This document shows, in pieces, positions 47,798 through 61,948 of a stretch of DNA of 64,000 nt. The notes below the pieces were generated by a model, which was not told where the DNA came from, searched no databases, and saw only the letters and a program-made list of their open reading frames with translations. Source of the stretch: Reclinomonas americana ATCC 50394 (lineage: Eukaryota). Position 1 is the stretch's first letter; each line of letters begins with the position of its first letter. The stretch lies in NCBI GenBank assembly GCA_048213135.1, contig PS015071.1, positions 124,555 to 188,554 on the forward strand, given 5' to 3'. The position numbers were made by a program, and so were the translations under genes.

Positions 47798-50700
47798 TCT
47801 CTCTCTCCCTCTCTCTCTCTGCGCACCCTTCGTTCCCGTCTTGAACATCTTCCCGTGACTCTGTATTCTATCGCTTCATTCCGTTTTCATCCCCTTCGTT
47901 GCTGTATATTCGCTTCTGCTTGGCTGTTGGGTATTGATCTTCTGCGTCTCTGCGTGCTCACCCACTTGCCGTCGTAGTCGTCAAACAACGCCATTCGTCG
48001 CGTATCGTCGACTGGGTACACGACATCATTGGTCACGAGCAGCAGTGCGACACCGGCTCCGGACTTTATCTACAGTGTGGCGTATGACGCAGGCAACCAG
48101 CTGCTTTACTTTTCCGAGTTGAACCGGCATACTGTAAGGTGAGGTGGCACGCAGCATGTGGAGTGTGTGAGAAGGAATGTGGAGCGTGTGCTTTGTATTT
48201 GGAGAGATTGCCTAGATCAGTGTTTGCAGTTGCTACGTATGTGTTGCTCTTCCGCTTCCCGATGCATGTCTCTGACGCGGTAATCGGAGTTTGAACGTAT
48301 TTGCTCATATCTGTATGTTTCCTCTTTTTCTAGGCGTGTGAACGCCGACGGCTCGTCCATTACACTGTTGTGTGGTCAATACGGCACTTTTGGTTCCGTC
48401 GACGGCGACTGCTCTACTACAACTCCAAAATTCATCAGCCCCGCCGGGCTGGCGTTGGATTTATCCGCCAACAAGCTGTATGTGGCTTGTGCTAGTACCC
48501 CTAAGGTTAGGCAGCTGGACTTGGCGGCGAGTCCGATGCAGCTTGGCACTCTTGTCGGTCAAGACTCCCAGGGGTACACTGTGGGCCCCACTGCGTCTGC
48601 GCTGTTTGTCGCCCTACGTGCGCTGTATCTGGACGGGGTGCGACGGATTCTGTACATTGCTGACGCTTCAGTGGGCGTCAAGCAACTGGATCTCAACAGC
48701 ATGGTCGTGTCGGCTCTCACGGTGCCTGCACTGGGTGTGTCGTCTGTGGATGGGCCGTTGACGGATGCCGTTGTAGCCTTCCCGGTGCGTGAGTATCACG
48801 GCAGCGTAGCTGGAAGTTTGATGAGATCGTTGCTTGCACTCGTATATATGTGTACTTCCCATGAATGTGTGTTGTGTGTATATCTGTGTGTGACTTTGTA
48901 CATTGATGGAACACGTATCTTGTTGTCGTTCGATGTTGTGTGAGAAACCAGTCACTATGTCAACAAAGTAGCATGGGATTTAGAGGAGTGGATGTACAAC
49001 ATCATACACTTTGCTGTTGCACAACGCGTGTCTGAGGCCTGCATCTCCTTTACAGTTCGGCATGTATTTGGCGCAAGGCAATCAACTCTATGTGACTGGT
49101 GAGTTGCAGAATTCCTTTTGCGCGCTTGGCTGATTGACGGCGACTGTCCCGCTCACTGTCATTTGTGTTCGTCAGAGTTTTTCAATGGTCCCGGATTGGG
49201 GAACACGATCCGCTTGATTACGCTGCAGCCTGGAGAGTGCCGCATCACTGCCGGTCCATCAACTACTGCCTCTGGATCGACAGCCAGCATCAGTGATGCG
49301 CTGTCGCAGCTGACGCCTGGATCGGCCAACTATTTCCGTGCGGTGACTGTGCTGTCGGATTCGACTGTGGTGGCTGGATCGACACTGTCGTTCACGACAA
49401 GTTGCGTTGGTGAAGCGAGTGGTTCCCTTTGCGCAGCTCGTGTTGATGTACGCTTTTCCTTTCGCCCCATCTCAGATGTGGCGCCATCGGCGACGAGCTT
49501 TTCGCCGAGCAGCATTACTGCGGAGACGAGTGGCGTGCAGATTGTTGTGACGGGCACTGCGTTGTTGACGTCCGATGTGGTGCAAGTGGAACTGGGAGCG
49601 GACTGCACTGGCGGCGGCACAGCACTGTCGTCGGTATCAGTGAGTGGTGGTGGAACGACGAAGACGGTGCAGACGAGTGGCGTGTCGCTGGCAGTGGGAT
49701 CGTTCGCTGTGTGGTGCGTTTTGTGACGAAGAGAGTACGAGAGAGAGAGGAGAAAGTGAGAGAGTGAGAGAAACAGGGGAGAACAGAGTGGGAGAGAGAA
49801 AGAGGGAGAGAGAGAGAGAGGAGGAGAAGAAGAGAGAAGGAGAGTACGAGAATGCGGAGGAGGGATGAGGAGGGCTACAAAGCATGAGATGTCNNNNNNN
49901 NNNNNNNNNNNNNNNNNNNNNNNNNNNNNNNNNNNNNNNNNNNNNNNNNNNNNNNNNNNNNNNNNNNNNNNNNNNNNNNNNNNNNNNNNNNNNNNNNNNN
50001 NNNNNNNNNNNNNNNNNNNNNNNNNNNNNNNNNNNNNNNNNNNNNNNNNNNNNNNNNNNNNNNNNNNNNNNNNNNNNNNNNNNNNNNNNNNNNNNNNNNN
50101 NNNNNNNNNNNNNTCAGAGTGCAAACACAGTTGATGCGCGACTTCACGTACCGAATGGTGTGCGTGTTGTACGAGCTGAAGTACACGAATTGCGACGAAG
50201 AATCGTAGGCGACACTGAAAGCACTGTTGAGCGCAGGCGACCCATTCAAGTTGGTGCTGTTGTCCACCAATGTTGAAGTCGTCCGATCAGAGGTCACTTT
50301 GCGAACGGCGTTGTTGTCGGCCTGTGTAGTGGAAATGAGGAGTGATGAGAACGTGGATGGAAAAAGTAACGAAGGAAACGAGGAAGACAGAGGAGGTAGA
50401 CGGAGGAGGAGGCGGAGGGAGGCGAGAAAATGGAGCAGAAGACCAGGAGAAGTCAAGAACAAGAACAAGAACAAGATAGAGAACAATAAGACGAAGAAAA
50501 CAAGAAAAAAAGCAGCAGACAAGTGTGAAAGAGTGTGAATGAGAGAGAGAGAGAGAGAAAGAGGAAACAGATGATGAATTGATCACACAGTCTTCAGCCC
50601 TCGTGACCTCTTATCAGCACAATGAACAGGCAATATCACGCACAATAAAGACAACGAGAAAATCATCCACCAAGCAACACGACATCAGGCACCACACTTC

Positions 50701-51677
50701 GACATAGCCAGAGGAATAGCAGATGGCACACACACACAGCACACACGCCTCACTGTGAGGAACGCACATCACCAACATAGAGAGTCGTTGTCTGCCGATC
50801 CATGTCCAAACCCACGGGACTGTGATTCGTAACATCCGTGAGAAATATTCATGGTTGGGGAAGCCCCGCGCGCACACAACAGCCATTCAACACAACTTGT
50901 AGAATCGAGCAACAGACGGCCCTCCATTCACATAGGCGTGCGTCTGGCCACATCCGCCAGTGTATGTCGACACATCTCCCGAGTGAATGTCGACGAATCG
51001 GATGCACTGATTGCTGCACACCCGCACATACACCGAAGTTAATACACATGGCACCACAACAGCAGTGTCGCACACAGACATCAACGCAACGTGTAGTCTG
51101 AGATATACAGATTGCCACGTGCATCCGAAGTCATTCCCTACTCACACACAACACAACACACACACATGTGTGTGAGCAATTCAATGCCAAATAACAGCGA
51201 CAAACTTAGCCACTGACACTCACCCACGGCTGATTAAATATCGCATGCAGTCGATCGTCGTTCTTGAAGCCGTGTGTGCCAAAACTGCCAGCAAACGTGC
51301 TGACCACCGACACCGTCGAGAAATCCCCGCTGTCGACGGCCAGCTCAAAGTAGTTGTTGCTCGCCGACGCAGAAACGTTGGTGACCAGACCNNNNNNNNN
51401 NNNNNNNNNNNCGGTTCATTGATGTGTCGTCGGGCATGGTGTCGACATTTGCTGGTGTATGTGGAGCAACTGGAGCATTGGTAGATGGTGTGGCGACTAC
51501 GGCGCGGTTTAACGGGTTCGTGTGGCTTTGTGTTTCTGAAATTGTGGTCACTTTTGAGGTCGTGTATCTGACTTGCCATCGATAATTTTGTGCGCGTGTG
51601 CAGTCCACGAGGCCTTGCCATTGATCTGGAGTCAAGCACGCTGTTTGTTGCTGATGTGCATAAGATCGCGGGCTTTG

Positions 51678-51718
<41 letters not shown>

Positions 51719-54700
51719 TCCTTCTGCATACATACACATTTAGATTAGCGATGTGCACCATTCGATCTTGTCTCGCCATCCTCCTGTAGCCTTGCATTGT
51801 GTCCCTTTTGACTCGAGATCCCCGTTGCTACTGCATTTTTTCACCTCTACTTATCTGTTGGACCTTTGCCGTCTGCGTCTCTGTGAACTCACCCATCGTT
51901 TGAACACAGACCGGAAGCAATGCCATTCGACGAGTGTCGTCGACTGGGTACACGAGAACACTGGTCACGAGCAGCAGTGCGACGCCGGCTCCAGATTTCA
52001 TCTACGCTGTGGTGTACGACGCGGGTAACGAGGTGTTGTACTTCTCCGAGAATAACAAGCATACTGTAAGGTGAGTTGCGCAGGAAGTGAATAGTAGAAC
52101 ATTAGATAGTGAAAGGGAGTGGAGCATGCGTTCTTGTGTTGGAGCGTGCGTGTTCCTTGAGCAACATTTGCAGTCGTCTATGTTTAAGATGCTCTTCTGC
52201 TTCTCCGTGCGTGTCGTTGATACGTCAGTCGGAGATGAGATGGGTCAACTCATTGCTTCCACTTTGCTGTATGTTTGTGCCAGGCGTGTGAACGCAGACG
52301 GCTCGTCCATCACTCTGCTGTGTGGTCAATACGGTACTGCTGGTGGCGCCGACGGTAACTGCTCAACCACCACACCAACATTCAACCAACCCGCCGGGCT
52401 CGCTCTCGACATGTCAGTCAACAAGCTGTACGTGGGGTCACTAAGTGGTCGTAAGGTTCGGCAGCTGGACTTGGCGGCCAGTCCAATGCAGCTTGGCACT
52501 CTTGTCGGCCAAGACACTCAAGGGTACGCTGTGGGTCCCGCTGCATCTGCCAAGTTTTTGGATCCACGCACGCTGTACCTGGATGAAGTGCGACGGACTC
52601 TGTACATTTCTGATCTGGGATATGGAATTAAGCAATTGGATCTCAACAGCATGGTCGTGTCAGCTCTCACTGTGCCTGCACTGGGTGTGTCGTCAGTGGA
52701 TGGGCTGTTGACAGATGCGGTTTTGCCGTTACCGGTGCGTGCAAATTGTGTGTGTGCGTTTGCAGAAGAGAGAGTTTGACACACAGAGAGAGGGAGGGAC
52801 AACGCTTTTGCGTCTGTGCAACTCCTGAGTGCCATGCAGTGTGTCGCACTGTGTGTTACTGATGTTCTTCTCTTTTACAGTTTGGCATGTACTTGGCGCA
52901 AGGCAATCGACTTTATGTGACCGGTTAGTTTGAGATTCGGTTTCTGCTGATAGCCATTGTCCCGCTCACTGTGATTCTTTGTATTAGAGTTTTCTGGTAC
53001 TCCTGGAGCTGGTAACATCATTCGATTGATCACGCTGCAGCCTGGAGAGTGCCGAATCACTGCCGGTCCATCGACAAGTGCGTCTGGAACAACCGCCAGC
53101 ATTAGTGACGGCCTGTCGCAGCTGACGCCTGGATCGGCCAACTATTTCCGTGCGGTGACTGTGCTGTCGGACTCGACTGTGGTGGCTGGATCGACGCTGT
53201 CGTTCACGACGAGTTGCGTTGGCGGAGTGGGTGGTTCCCTTTGCATAACTGTTGTTGACTTTGCTCTCGTCCCGCGTCGTGATTAGATGTGGCGCCATCG
53301 GCGACGAGCTTTTCGCCGAGCAGCATTACTGCAGAGACGAGTGGCGTGCAGATTGTTGTGACGGGCACTGCGTTGGTGACGTCGGATGTAGTGCAAGTGG
53401 AACTGGGAGCGGACTGCACTGGCGCGGGTACAGCGCTGTCGTCGGTGTCTGTGAGTGGGGATGGAACGACGAAGACTGTGCAGACGAGTGGCGTGTCACT
53501 GGCAGTGGGATTGTATGCGGTGTGGTGCGTTTGTGATGGGGAGAAGCAAGAGAGAGTGAGAGAGAGAGAGGAGAAAATTCAGGGAGGCGGAGAGGGATGC
53601 GAAAAGTCGATACATGAGATTTAGTGCGTTGTTTGCGTGTTTTATTAAGAAAATGAGGGAGGCGATGAGGAGGAAAGAGGTGAGTGTTGTTAGAGGATGT
53701 AGTTGTTGTGTTGGGTGTTTGCATTGACGAGTAGCTGGCGTCAATAGATAGACAGTGTGGAGCAAGATGAAAGAGGGGGAGTTGGAGTATGGCATCNNNN
53801 NNNNNNNNNNNNNNNNNNNNNNNNNNNNNNNNNNNNNNNNNNNNNNNNNNNNNNNNNNNNNNNNNNNNNNNNNNNNNNNNNNNNNNNNNNNNNNNNNNNN
53901 NNNNNNNNNNNNNNNNNNNNNNNNNNNNNNNNNNNNNNNNNNNNNNNNNNNNNNNNNNNNNNNNNNNNNNNNNNNNNNNNNNNNNNNNNNNNNNNNNNNN
54001 NNNNNNNNNNNNNNNNNNNNNNNNNNNNNNNNNNNNNNNNNNNNNNNNNNNNNNNNNNNNNNNNNNNNNNNNNNNNNNNNNNNNNNNNNNNNNNNNNNNN
54101 NNNNNNNNNNNNNNNNNNNNNNNNNNNNNNNNNNNNNNNNNNNNNNNNNNNNNNNNNNNNNNNNNNNNNNNNNNNNNNNNNNNNNNNNNNNNNNNNNNNN
54201 NNNNNNNNNNNNNNNNNNNNNNNNNNNNNNNNNNNNNNNNNNNNNNNNNNNNNNNNNNNNNNNNNNNNNNNNNNNNNNNNNNNNNNNNNNNNNNNNNNNN
54301 NNNNNNNNNNNNNNNNNNNNNNNNNNNNNNNNNNNNNNNNNNNNNNNNNNNNNNNNNNNNNNNNNNNNNNNNNNNNNNNNNNNNNNNNNNNNNNNNNNNN
54401 NNNNNNNNNNNNNNNNNNNNNNNNNNNNNNNNNNNNNNNNNNNNNNNNNNNNNNNNNNNNNNNNNAGAGAGACTGCACTCTCTATAAAACACACGAAGGT
54501 TAACACACCAACAGTCAGCGTCCCCGGCACAGTGCTCCACAGTCCCGTTCCTCCAAACTGGATGCTGTGGAGATCGAAGAAGTCAGTTTCGTATCAAATC
54601 CGCTCNNNNNNNNNNNNNNNNNNNNNNNNNNNNNNNNNNNNNNNNNNNNNNNNNNNNNNNNNNNNNNNNNNNNNNNNNNNNNNNNNNNNNNNNNNNNNNN

Positions 54701-55821
54701 NNNNNNNNNNNNNNNNNNNNNNNNNNNNNNNNNNNNNNNNNNNNNNNNNNNNNNNNNNNNNNNNNNNNNNNNNNCTCTCTCTCTCTCTCCATGTATGTGC
54801 ATGTGAATGTTCATGCTAATTGTGGTGTGTGTGTGTGTGTGTGCGTGTACAGTGGCTTCGGCGGAGTCGTTTTCTCCATCATCGATTACACCCAACACGG
54901 CCGGGCAGACGGTGACGGTGACTGGGCGAGCATTGTCAGCAAGTGATACTGTGCGATTGGTGTCTGGTGGTACGTGCGCGAGTGGCACGACGACGTACAA
55001 CATGACGAGTGGAGCAGTGGGTGGTACGGCTGGGGCGCGCACGCTGACCGTGTCGACGGGTAACACCAGTTTAGCGGCCGGATCGTATCTTGTGTGGTTC
55101 GTCTCTGCATTCAGTGTGCGACTCTCCTTGTGCACTGTTTGTATGACATCCTCGTGTTTGTGTTTGCAGTTACTTGTACGGCGGAACGGGCACGCCGGTA
55201 CAAGTTGGCAGCACGTCATTGACCGTTGCAATAGGTGTGTTCTCTGCTTATAACCTTGCATCCATGTCTCTATTTTTCTCACTCTCTCCTTTGGCAACAG
55301 GAACAAGCGTGACGAGCTTTACGCCGAGCAGCATCACTGCGGAGACGAGTGGAGTGCATGTGACTGTGAGTGGCAGTGGTCTGGCGGATGCGGATGTGGT
55401 GCAAGTGCAGAATGCGGGATCGTGTACGGGTGCTGGCACCGTGCTGTCTCTCGTTTCGACGGCTGCCGATGGACTGACCACGATTCGGCAAACCACGGGC
55501 ACGTCGCTTGCGGCGGGATCGTACTGGGTGTGGTGCGTGTGTTTGTGTCGTTCGGATTGGAAGACATGCATGTGTGCAACGAGCGAAGAAGCGTTCGTGC
55601 TTTAGCAAGCAAGCAAGAGAGTTAGAGAGAGAGAGGGAGAAGAAGATCTACGAACGAGATCGCGTGTCTTGATTTCGTCTTGAGCTGATCACACTGGCGT
55701 GTGCTTTCTCTCCAGCATTCACTTTGCGAGCGCGGGTGCGGGTGTCTGGCAGCAAGTACCAGGCGTACTGACAGTAGGTGCGTGTCTGTGTGGCATGTGT
55801 TGAACAGAGAACTGTCACCCT

Positions 55822-55859
<38 letters not shown>

Positions 55860-58094
55860 GTGTGTGTGTATGTGTGCGTGTGTATGTGTGTGTATATGTG
55901 TGTGTTGTGTGTGTGTTTTTTTCGTAACGAGTTGACCTCATGCTGATTGTGATGTGTGATGTGCAGTGGCGTCGGCGGAGTCGTTTTCTCCGTCGACGAT
56001 TACACCCAACACGGCTGGCCAGACGGTGACAGTGACTGGGCGAGCATTGTCAGCAAGTGATGCTGTGCGATTGGTGTCTGGTGGCACCTGCGTGAGCGGC
56101 ACGACGACGTACAACATGACGAGCGGAGCAGTGGGTGGGTCGGCTGGAGCTCGCACGCTGACCGTGTCGACGGGTAACACCAGTTTAGCGGCCGGATCGT
56201 ATCTTGTGTGGTTCGTTTCTGCGTTCACTTTTTGTTTCTCCTCGTGCACTGCTTGTGTGACATTCTGTTATTGCCGTGTAGTTATCTGTACGGCGGAACG
56301 GGCACGCCAGTGCAAGTTGGCAGCACGTTGCTTCTCGTTAGCAACGGTAAGTTTATTTTCATGATATTATCCTCATCACACATGACTATTGACTGTCGTA
56401 TTCTCGATCGTATCAGCGTCGTCGGCGACGACAAGCGCCGCGTCAGCAGTGTCTTCGCTCTCTGCGACACTGAATNNNNNNNNNNNNNNNNNNNNNNNNN
56501 NNNNNNNNNNNNNNNNNNNNNNNNNNNNNNNNNNNNNNNNNNNNNNNNNNNNNNNNNNNNNNNNNNNNNNNNNNNNNNNNNNNNNNNNNNNNNNNNNNNN
56601 NNNNNNNNNNNNNNNNNNNNNNNNNNNNNNNNNNNNNNNNNNNNNNNNNNNNNNNNNNNNNNNNNNNNNNNCTCATTAGTTGGCGCACACAGTCGCATCA
56701 AGAGCGACGGGACTGGCGCTATTGTGTTCTGCGGACAACACACGACGGGTGGCACTACCGATGGCGACTGCGGAACGACGGCTACATTCAATCAGCCATC
56801 TTCGATTGCTGTTGATCAGGCACGCAATATGCTGTACGTTGGCTCTGGCATCAGTATGATAATTCGACAAATCAATCTGACCACGAACCAAGTGACGACG
56901 ATTGCGGGCACTGGGGCTGCTGGATCAGATGACGGAGCTGCGCTCAGTGCGACTTTCCAGTCGACATTCGGCGTGGTTCTGGATGCAACGCGCGACGTGC
57001 TGTACGTTGCCGAAGGCGGCCATGGTAGTATTCGTCAACTCGATCTTTCGAGCATGAGTGTGTCCACTGTCATTCATGGGCCTGGCACTGTGAACGGTCC
57101 ACTGGCGAGTGCGCGGTTCCAGTATACGGTTTGCATTTCCTTCATTGATTTCGTTGGTGATTCCAACGCAACGAACTGAGGCGCAACTCTTGTGTGCAGT
57201 TTGGCGTTGTCGTCAACGGTAATCGGTTGTACGCCACCGGTGAGTCGAAGAAGAAAAAGGGAGGTCCTGTGAATTGTCGGGCGGATAGAGCATCTTACAT
57301 GGCGTTGTGGGTTCAGGTCTTGCTGAGTGTGTGATCCATCTCATCAAGTTGCAACCATCAACTGCACGGATCACGGCATCGCCGAGCACGACCGGGGCCG
57401 GCTCTTCCGCGTCGATATCCAAGGCTGTCGCGCAGCTCAACAGTGGCGCGACGTACTACTTCCGTGCCGTGACTGTGCTGTCCGACTCGACGGTGCTTAC
57501 CGGATCGACACTGTCCTTCACGAGTGCGTCTGCGCGTGTGTATGATATTTGTGATTGATGGCCTGGAATGCCTGATACATGTCGTGATGTGGTATGCAGC
57601 AACTGGCGCATTGACGACAGGATTCTCGCCGACGTCGATTGCAGCGACGACGAGCAATGTGCAGATTGTGGTGACGGGTGTGAACTTGTTGGCGAGCGAT
57701 GTGGTGCAAGTGGAGTCGGGGGCAACGTGCAGCGGCAGTGGGACGGCGCTGACACACGTGTCGGTGTCGAGTGATGGGACGACGAAAACTGTGCAGACGC
57801 CGAGTCCGTCGACGGCACTGACGAATGGATTGTACTCTGTGTGGTGCGTTGATGTCATGGAGAAAGGGAGAGGAGAGGAGAGGAGAGGAGAGGAGAGGAG
57901 AGGAGAGGAGAGGAGAGGAGAGGAGAGGAGAGGAGAGGAGAGGAGAGGAGAGGAGAGGAGAGGAGAGAGTGGAAGAGAGGCTGACGGACATACTGCATGA
58001 GCGCAGACGAGAAGACATGAGCGAGAAAGGTAATGGGGAGAGAGTGAGACAGATAATGATACACATACACATATACGAGTATGTGTGTGTGTGT

Positions 58095-58153
<59 letters not shown>

Positions 58154-58250
58154 TAGTAGCGAGAGAGATTTTTTGCATGTGAGTGAGAAGATAAGTGGTA
58201 AGGGAAATTGTCGTTGAGCGAGTGCACGATGCCATGTCCTTGGTCTCACT

Positions 58251-58338
<88 letters not shown>

Positions 58339-58728
58339 CGTTTGTTGCTGCTGCGTATGTCCAGCTACTTGTATGGAGGCTCGGGTACGGCGGAGCGTGT
58401 CGGAACGACATCGCTTGTAGTTGGTAATGGTTTGTGGAGCGTGCTGGACGCAGTTTGCATGTAATCGCATGTCAATGACGGAATCTATCTATCTCTCTCA
58501 CTCTCTCTCTCTCTCTCTCTCTGCTCGTACGACCGAGGCGATGTACGGTACAGACAGAATGTACGTTCGGAGTCGCGTACGGTGGACTAATTCGTCGTCG
58601 TAGACGTACGTCGNNNNNNNNNNNNNNNNNNNNTTAGGTTTGGTTTGGTACGGTCGGTCGTCGGTACGGACGACGTTAGTTCGTACTAGTAATACGTCAC
58701 TGTCGTAATAGTACGGAACGTACTACTA

Positions 58729-58794
<66 letters not shown>

Positions 58795-61474
58795 GCCCGT
58801 CCTCTCGTGGGCGCAACAGCTGCACTTGCGACGAGCAGCGCGGCGACTGCTGTGGCGACATTTACGGCGACTGTGAACGGGTCGATCACGAACAACTCGG
58901 GTGCGGCGAGTAGCAACTATTTCGAGTTGGCACGATCGAGCAGCGACTTCACGACAGTATCGTCTGTGACAACGTATGCTGGTACCCTGAACACTCCTGG
59001 AACAACCAATGGTCCACGAGCGAGTGCGTTGTTCAATGATCCGCGAGTTTCGTCACTGTGCCGTTCATCATTGCATGTGTCTTGTCACCGTCGGAAATGT
59101 TATTTCTCCTGACGGTTGTGATTTACCGTGATGTGATGCAATTGCAGTCCATTGTTGGCGACTCGGATGGCAATTTGTTTATTGTGGAAGCAGGGTTGCG
59201 TGCTTGTGCTGATTTTTTTTGTATTTTACAGGCCGGCGATCTCACTGAAACATACCATCTCTTTTCCCTCGCATCGTGTGTCTTTACTCTCGCGCAGCAA
59301 CAACTGCATCCGACACATTGACGTTTCGTCGGGCATGGTGTCGACATTTGCTGGTGTTTGTGGAGCTACTGGTGCGTTTGTCGATGGTGCGGCGACTACG
59401 GCGCGGTTCAACGGGTGTGTGTATGGTTTTGTGGATTTGAGAATATTTTTTCGAGGATGCATGCCTGACATGGTGGACGATCATATTCGTTTTGTGTATG
59501 CAGCCCGCGAGGCCTTGCCATTGATCTCGTGTCGAGCACATTGTTTGTTGCTGATGTGCGTGATTAGGGTCGCGCGATTTCTGTTTTCTCTCTCTCTCTC
59601 TGCACGATTTAGATCCCCTGTTCCTGTATTGCCGCCTTCCTGTGGCTTTGCACTCCGTTGCTTTGTGTTGTTGTTACTTGGGTCCCCTTTGTTTGTTCGG
59701 TTTTGTTCAGCTCTGCTTGACTGTGAGATGTTGGGCATCTCTGTCTCTCTGATCTCACTTATCCTCTGAGGCAGTCGGCAAATAATGCCATTCGACGGGT
59801 GTCTTCGACTGGTTTCACGACGGCGTTGATCACTAGCAGCAGCGCCACGCCGGCTCCAGATTTTATCTACAGTGTGGTGTACGACGCGGGCAACCAGGTG
59901 TTGTACTTCTCCGAATTCAACAAGAATACTGTGCGGTGAGTGGCGCGCAGCAAGCAGATATGTTGCAACAGAGCAATGGGATGTGTGAAGGAAGGTAGAG
60001 CGTGTGAGTCAGAAAGAGTTGCTTGATAAGTGTCAGCAGTTGTCATTTATTGCGGCTTTCGTGAATGTGGTACCATTCCCTCTCATCAGCGTTTGTCGCT
60101 GATGCGACAGTCGGAGATGGAATGCGTCGACTCATGCCTGTGTATTTGTGTCTTTGTCACAGGCGTGCGAATGCCGATGGTTCGTCGATCACACTGCTGT
60201 GTGGTCAATACGGTACTTCTGGTGTCGCCGATGGCGACTGCTCTACCGCCACACCAACGTTCATCAACCCCGGCGGGCTAGCATTGGATTTTTCAGCCAA
60301 CAAGCTGTACGTGGCATCGACAAGTAACCACAATGTTCGTCAGCTGGACTTGGCGGCCACGCCGATGCAGCTCGGCACTCTTGTGGGCCAGATTGCCCCT
60401 GGATATTCCGTGGGTCCCACTGCAACTGCCCAGTTCCTCGATCCACGCACTCTGTATCTGGACCAAGTGCGACGGATCCTGTACATCGCAGACGCTTCAG
60501 TCGGCATCAAGCAACTGGATCTCAACAGCATGGTCGTATCAGCTATTACAGTGCCTTCGCTGAGTGTACCTTCTGTGGATGGGTCGTTGACGGAGGCTGT
60601 TGTTGAGGCACCGGTGCGTTGACATCTCATGAGCGTGGCAGAATTGGGCAGAAAATTATAGTGGGTTGTGTGTGTGTTTGTTTGTGTGTGTGTGTTTGTT
60701 TGTTTGTGTGTTTGTGTGTATGTGTATGTGTGTGTGTGTGTGTGTGTTTGTCAACGTTACGTGTGCGTGTAACTGATATGTGCGCACGTGTATCTGTACT
60801 GCAGTTTGGCGTGTACTTGGCACAAGGCAACCAGCTTTATGTGACTGGTGAGTCGACGATTCGATTTTCTGTTGATTGCGACTGTGCTGCTCACGGTGTT
60901 TCTTTCTATCATCAGAGTTTGTCAACGGTCCCGGTTTTGGTAACACGATTCGGTTGATTACGCTGCAACCTGGAGAGTGCCGAATCACTGCCGGTCCTTC
61001 GACGAGTGCGTCTGGAACAACCGCCAGCATCAGTGATGCACTGTCGCAGCTGACGCCTGGATCGGCCAACTATTTCCGTGCGGTGACTGTGCTGTCGGAC
61101 TCGACTGTGGTGGCTGGATCGACGCTGTCATTCACGACGAGTTTCGTTGGCGGAATGTGTGGTTCCCTTTGCGCAGCTCTTGTTGATGTACGCTTTTCCT
61201 TTCGTCCCATCTCAGATGTGGCGCCATCGGCGACGAGCTTCTCGCCGAGCAGCATTACTGCGGAGACGAGTGGCGCACAGATTGTTGTGACGGGCGCTGC
61301 GTTGCAGGCATCAGATGTAGTGCAAGTGGAACTGGGAGCGGACTGCACTGGCGGCGGCACAGCGCTGTCGTCGGTATCAGTGAGTGGTGGTGGAACGACG
61401 AAGACTGTGCAGACGAGTGGCGTGTCACTGGCAGTGGGATCGTATGCAGTATGGTGCGTTTGTGATGGAGAAAA

Positions 61475-61522
<48 letters not shown>

Positions 61523-61905
61523 AGAAAATCCACGGAGGCGGAGAGGGATGAGAAGAGTCGATACATGAGATTTAGTGCATTGTGTTTGATGAAGAAGAGG
61601 ATGTGAGAGACGACGAGGAAGAACTAGGTGCCTGTTGTTATTTGACAGGGTGTAGTTGGGTCAATGTATGAACGCTGGGGTGAAGATGAAAGAGGAAGAG
61701 TAGAGTATGGCTTCATCAAGCCGACTTGGTACGAAACTGACTGTTTTTGACCTCCACAGCATCCAGTTTGGAGGAACGGGACTGTGGAGCACTGTGCCGG
61801 GGACGCTGACTGTTGGTGTGTTAACCTTCGTGTGTTTTATAGAGAGTGCAATCTCTCTCTCTCTCTCTCTCTCTCTCATGTATGTGCATGTGAATGTTCA
61901 TGCTA

Positions 61906-61948
<43 letters not shown>

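Noticed and set aside
58252-58337. Poly-Q, poly-N or poly-L coding tract
   Set aside because: Lies inside an intron that splits a Cys codon (TG|C); the paralogous intron near 46000-46220 lacks it.
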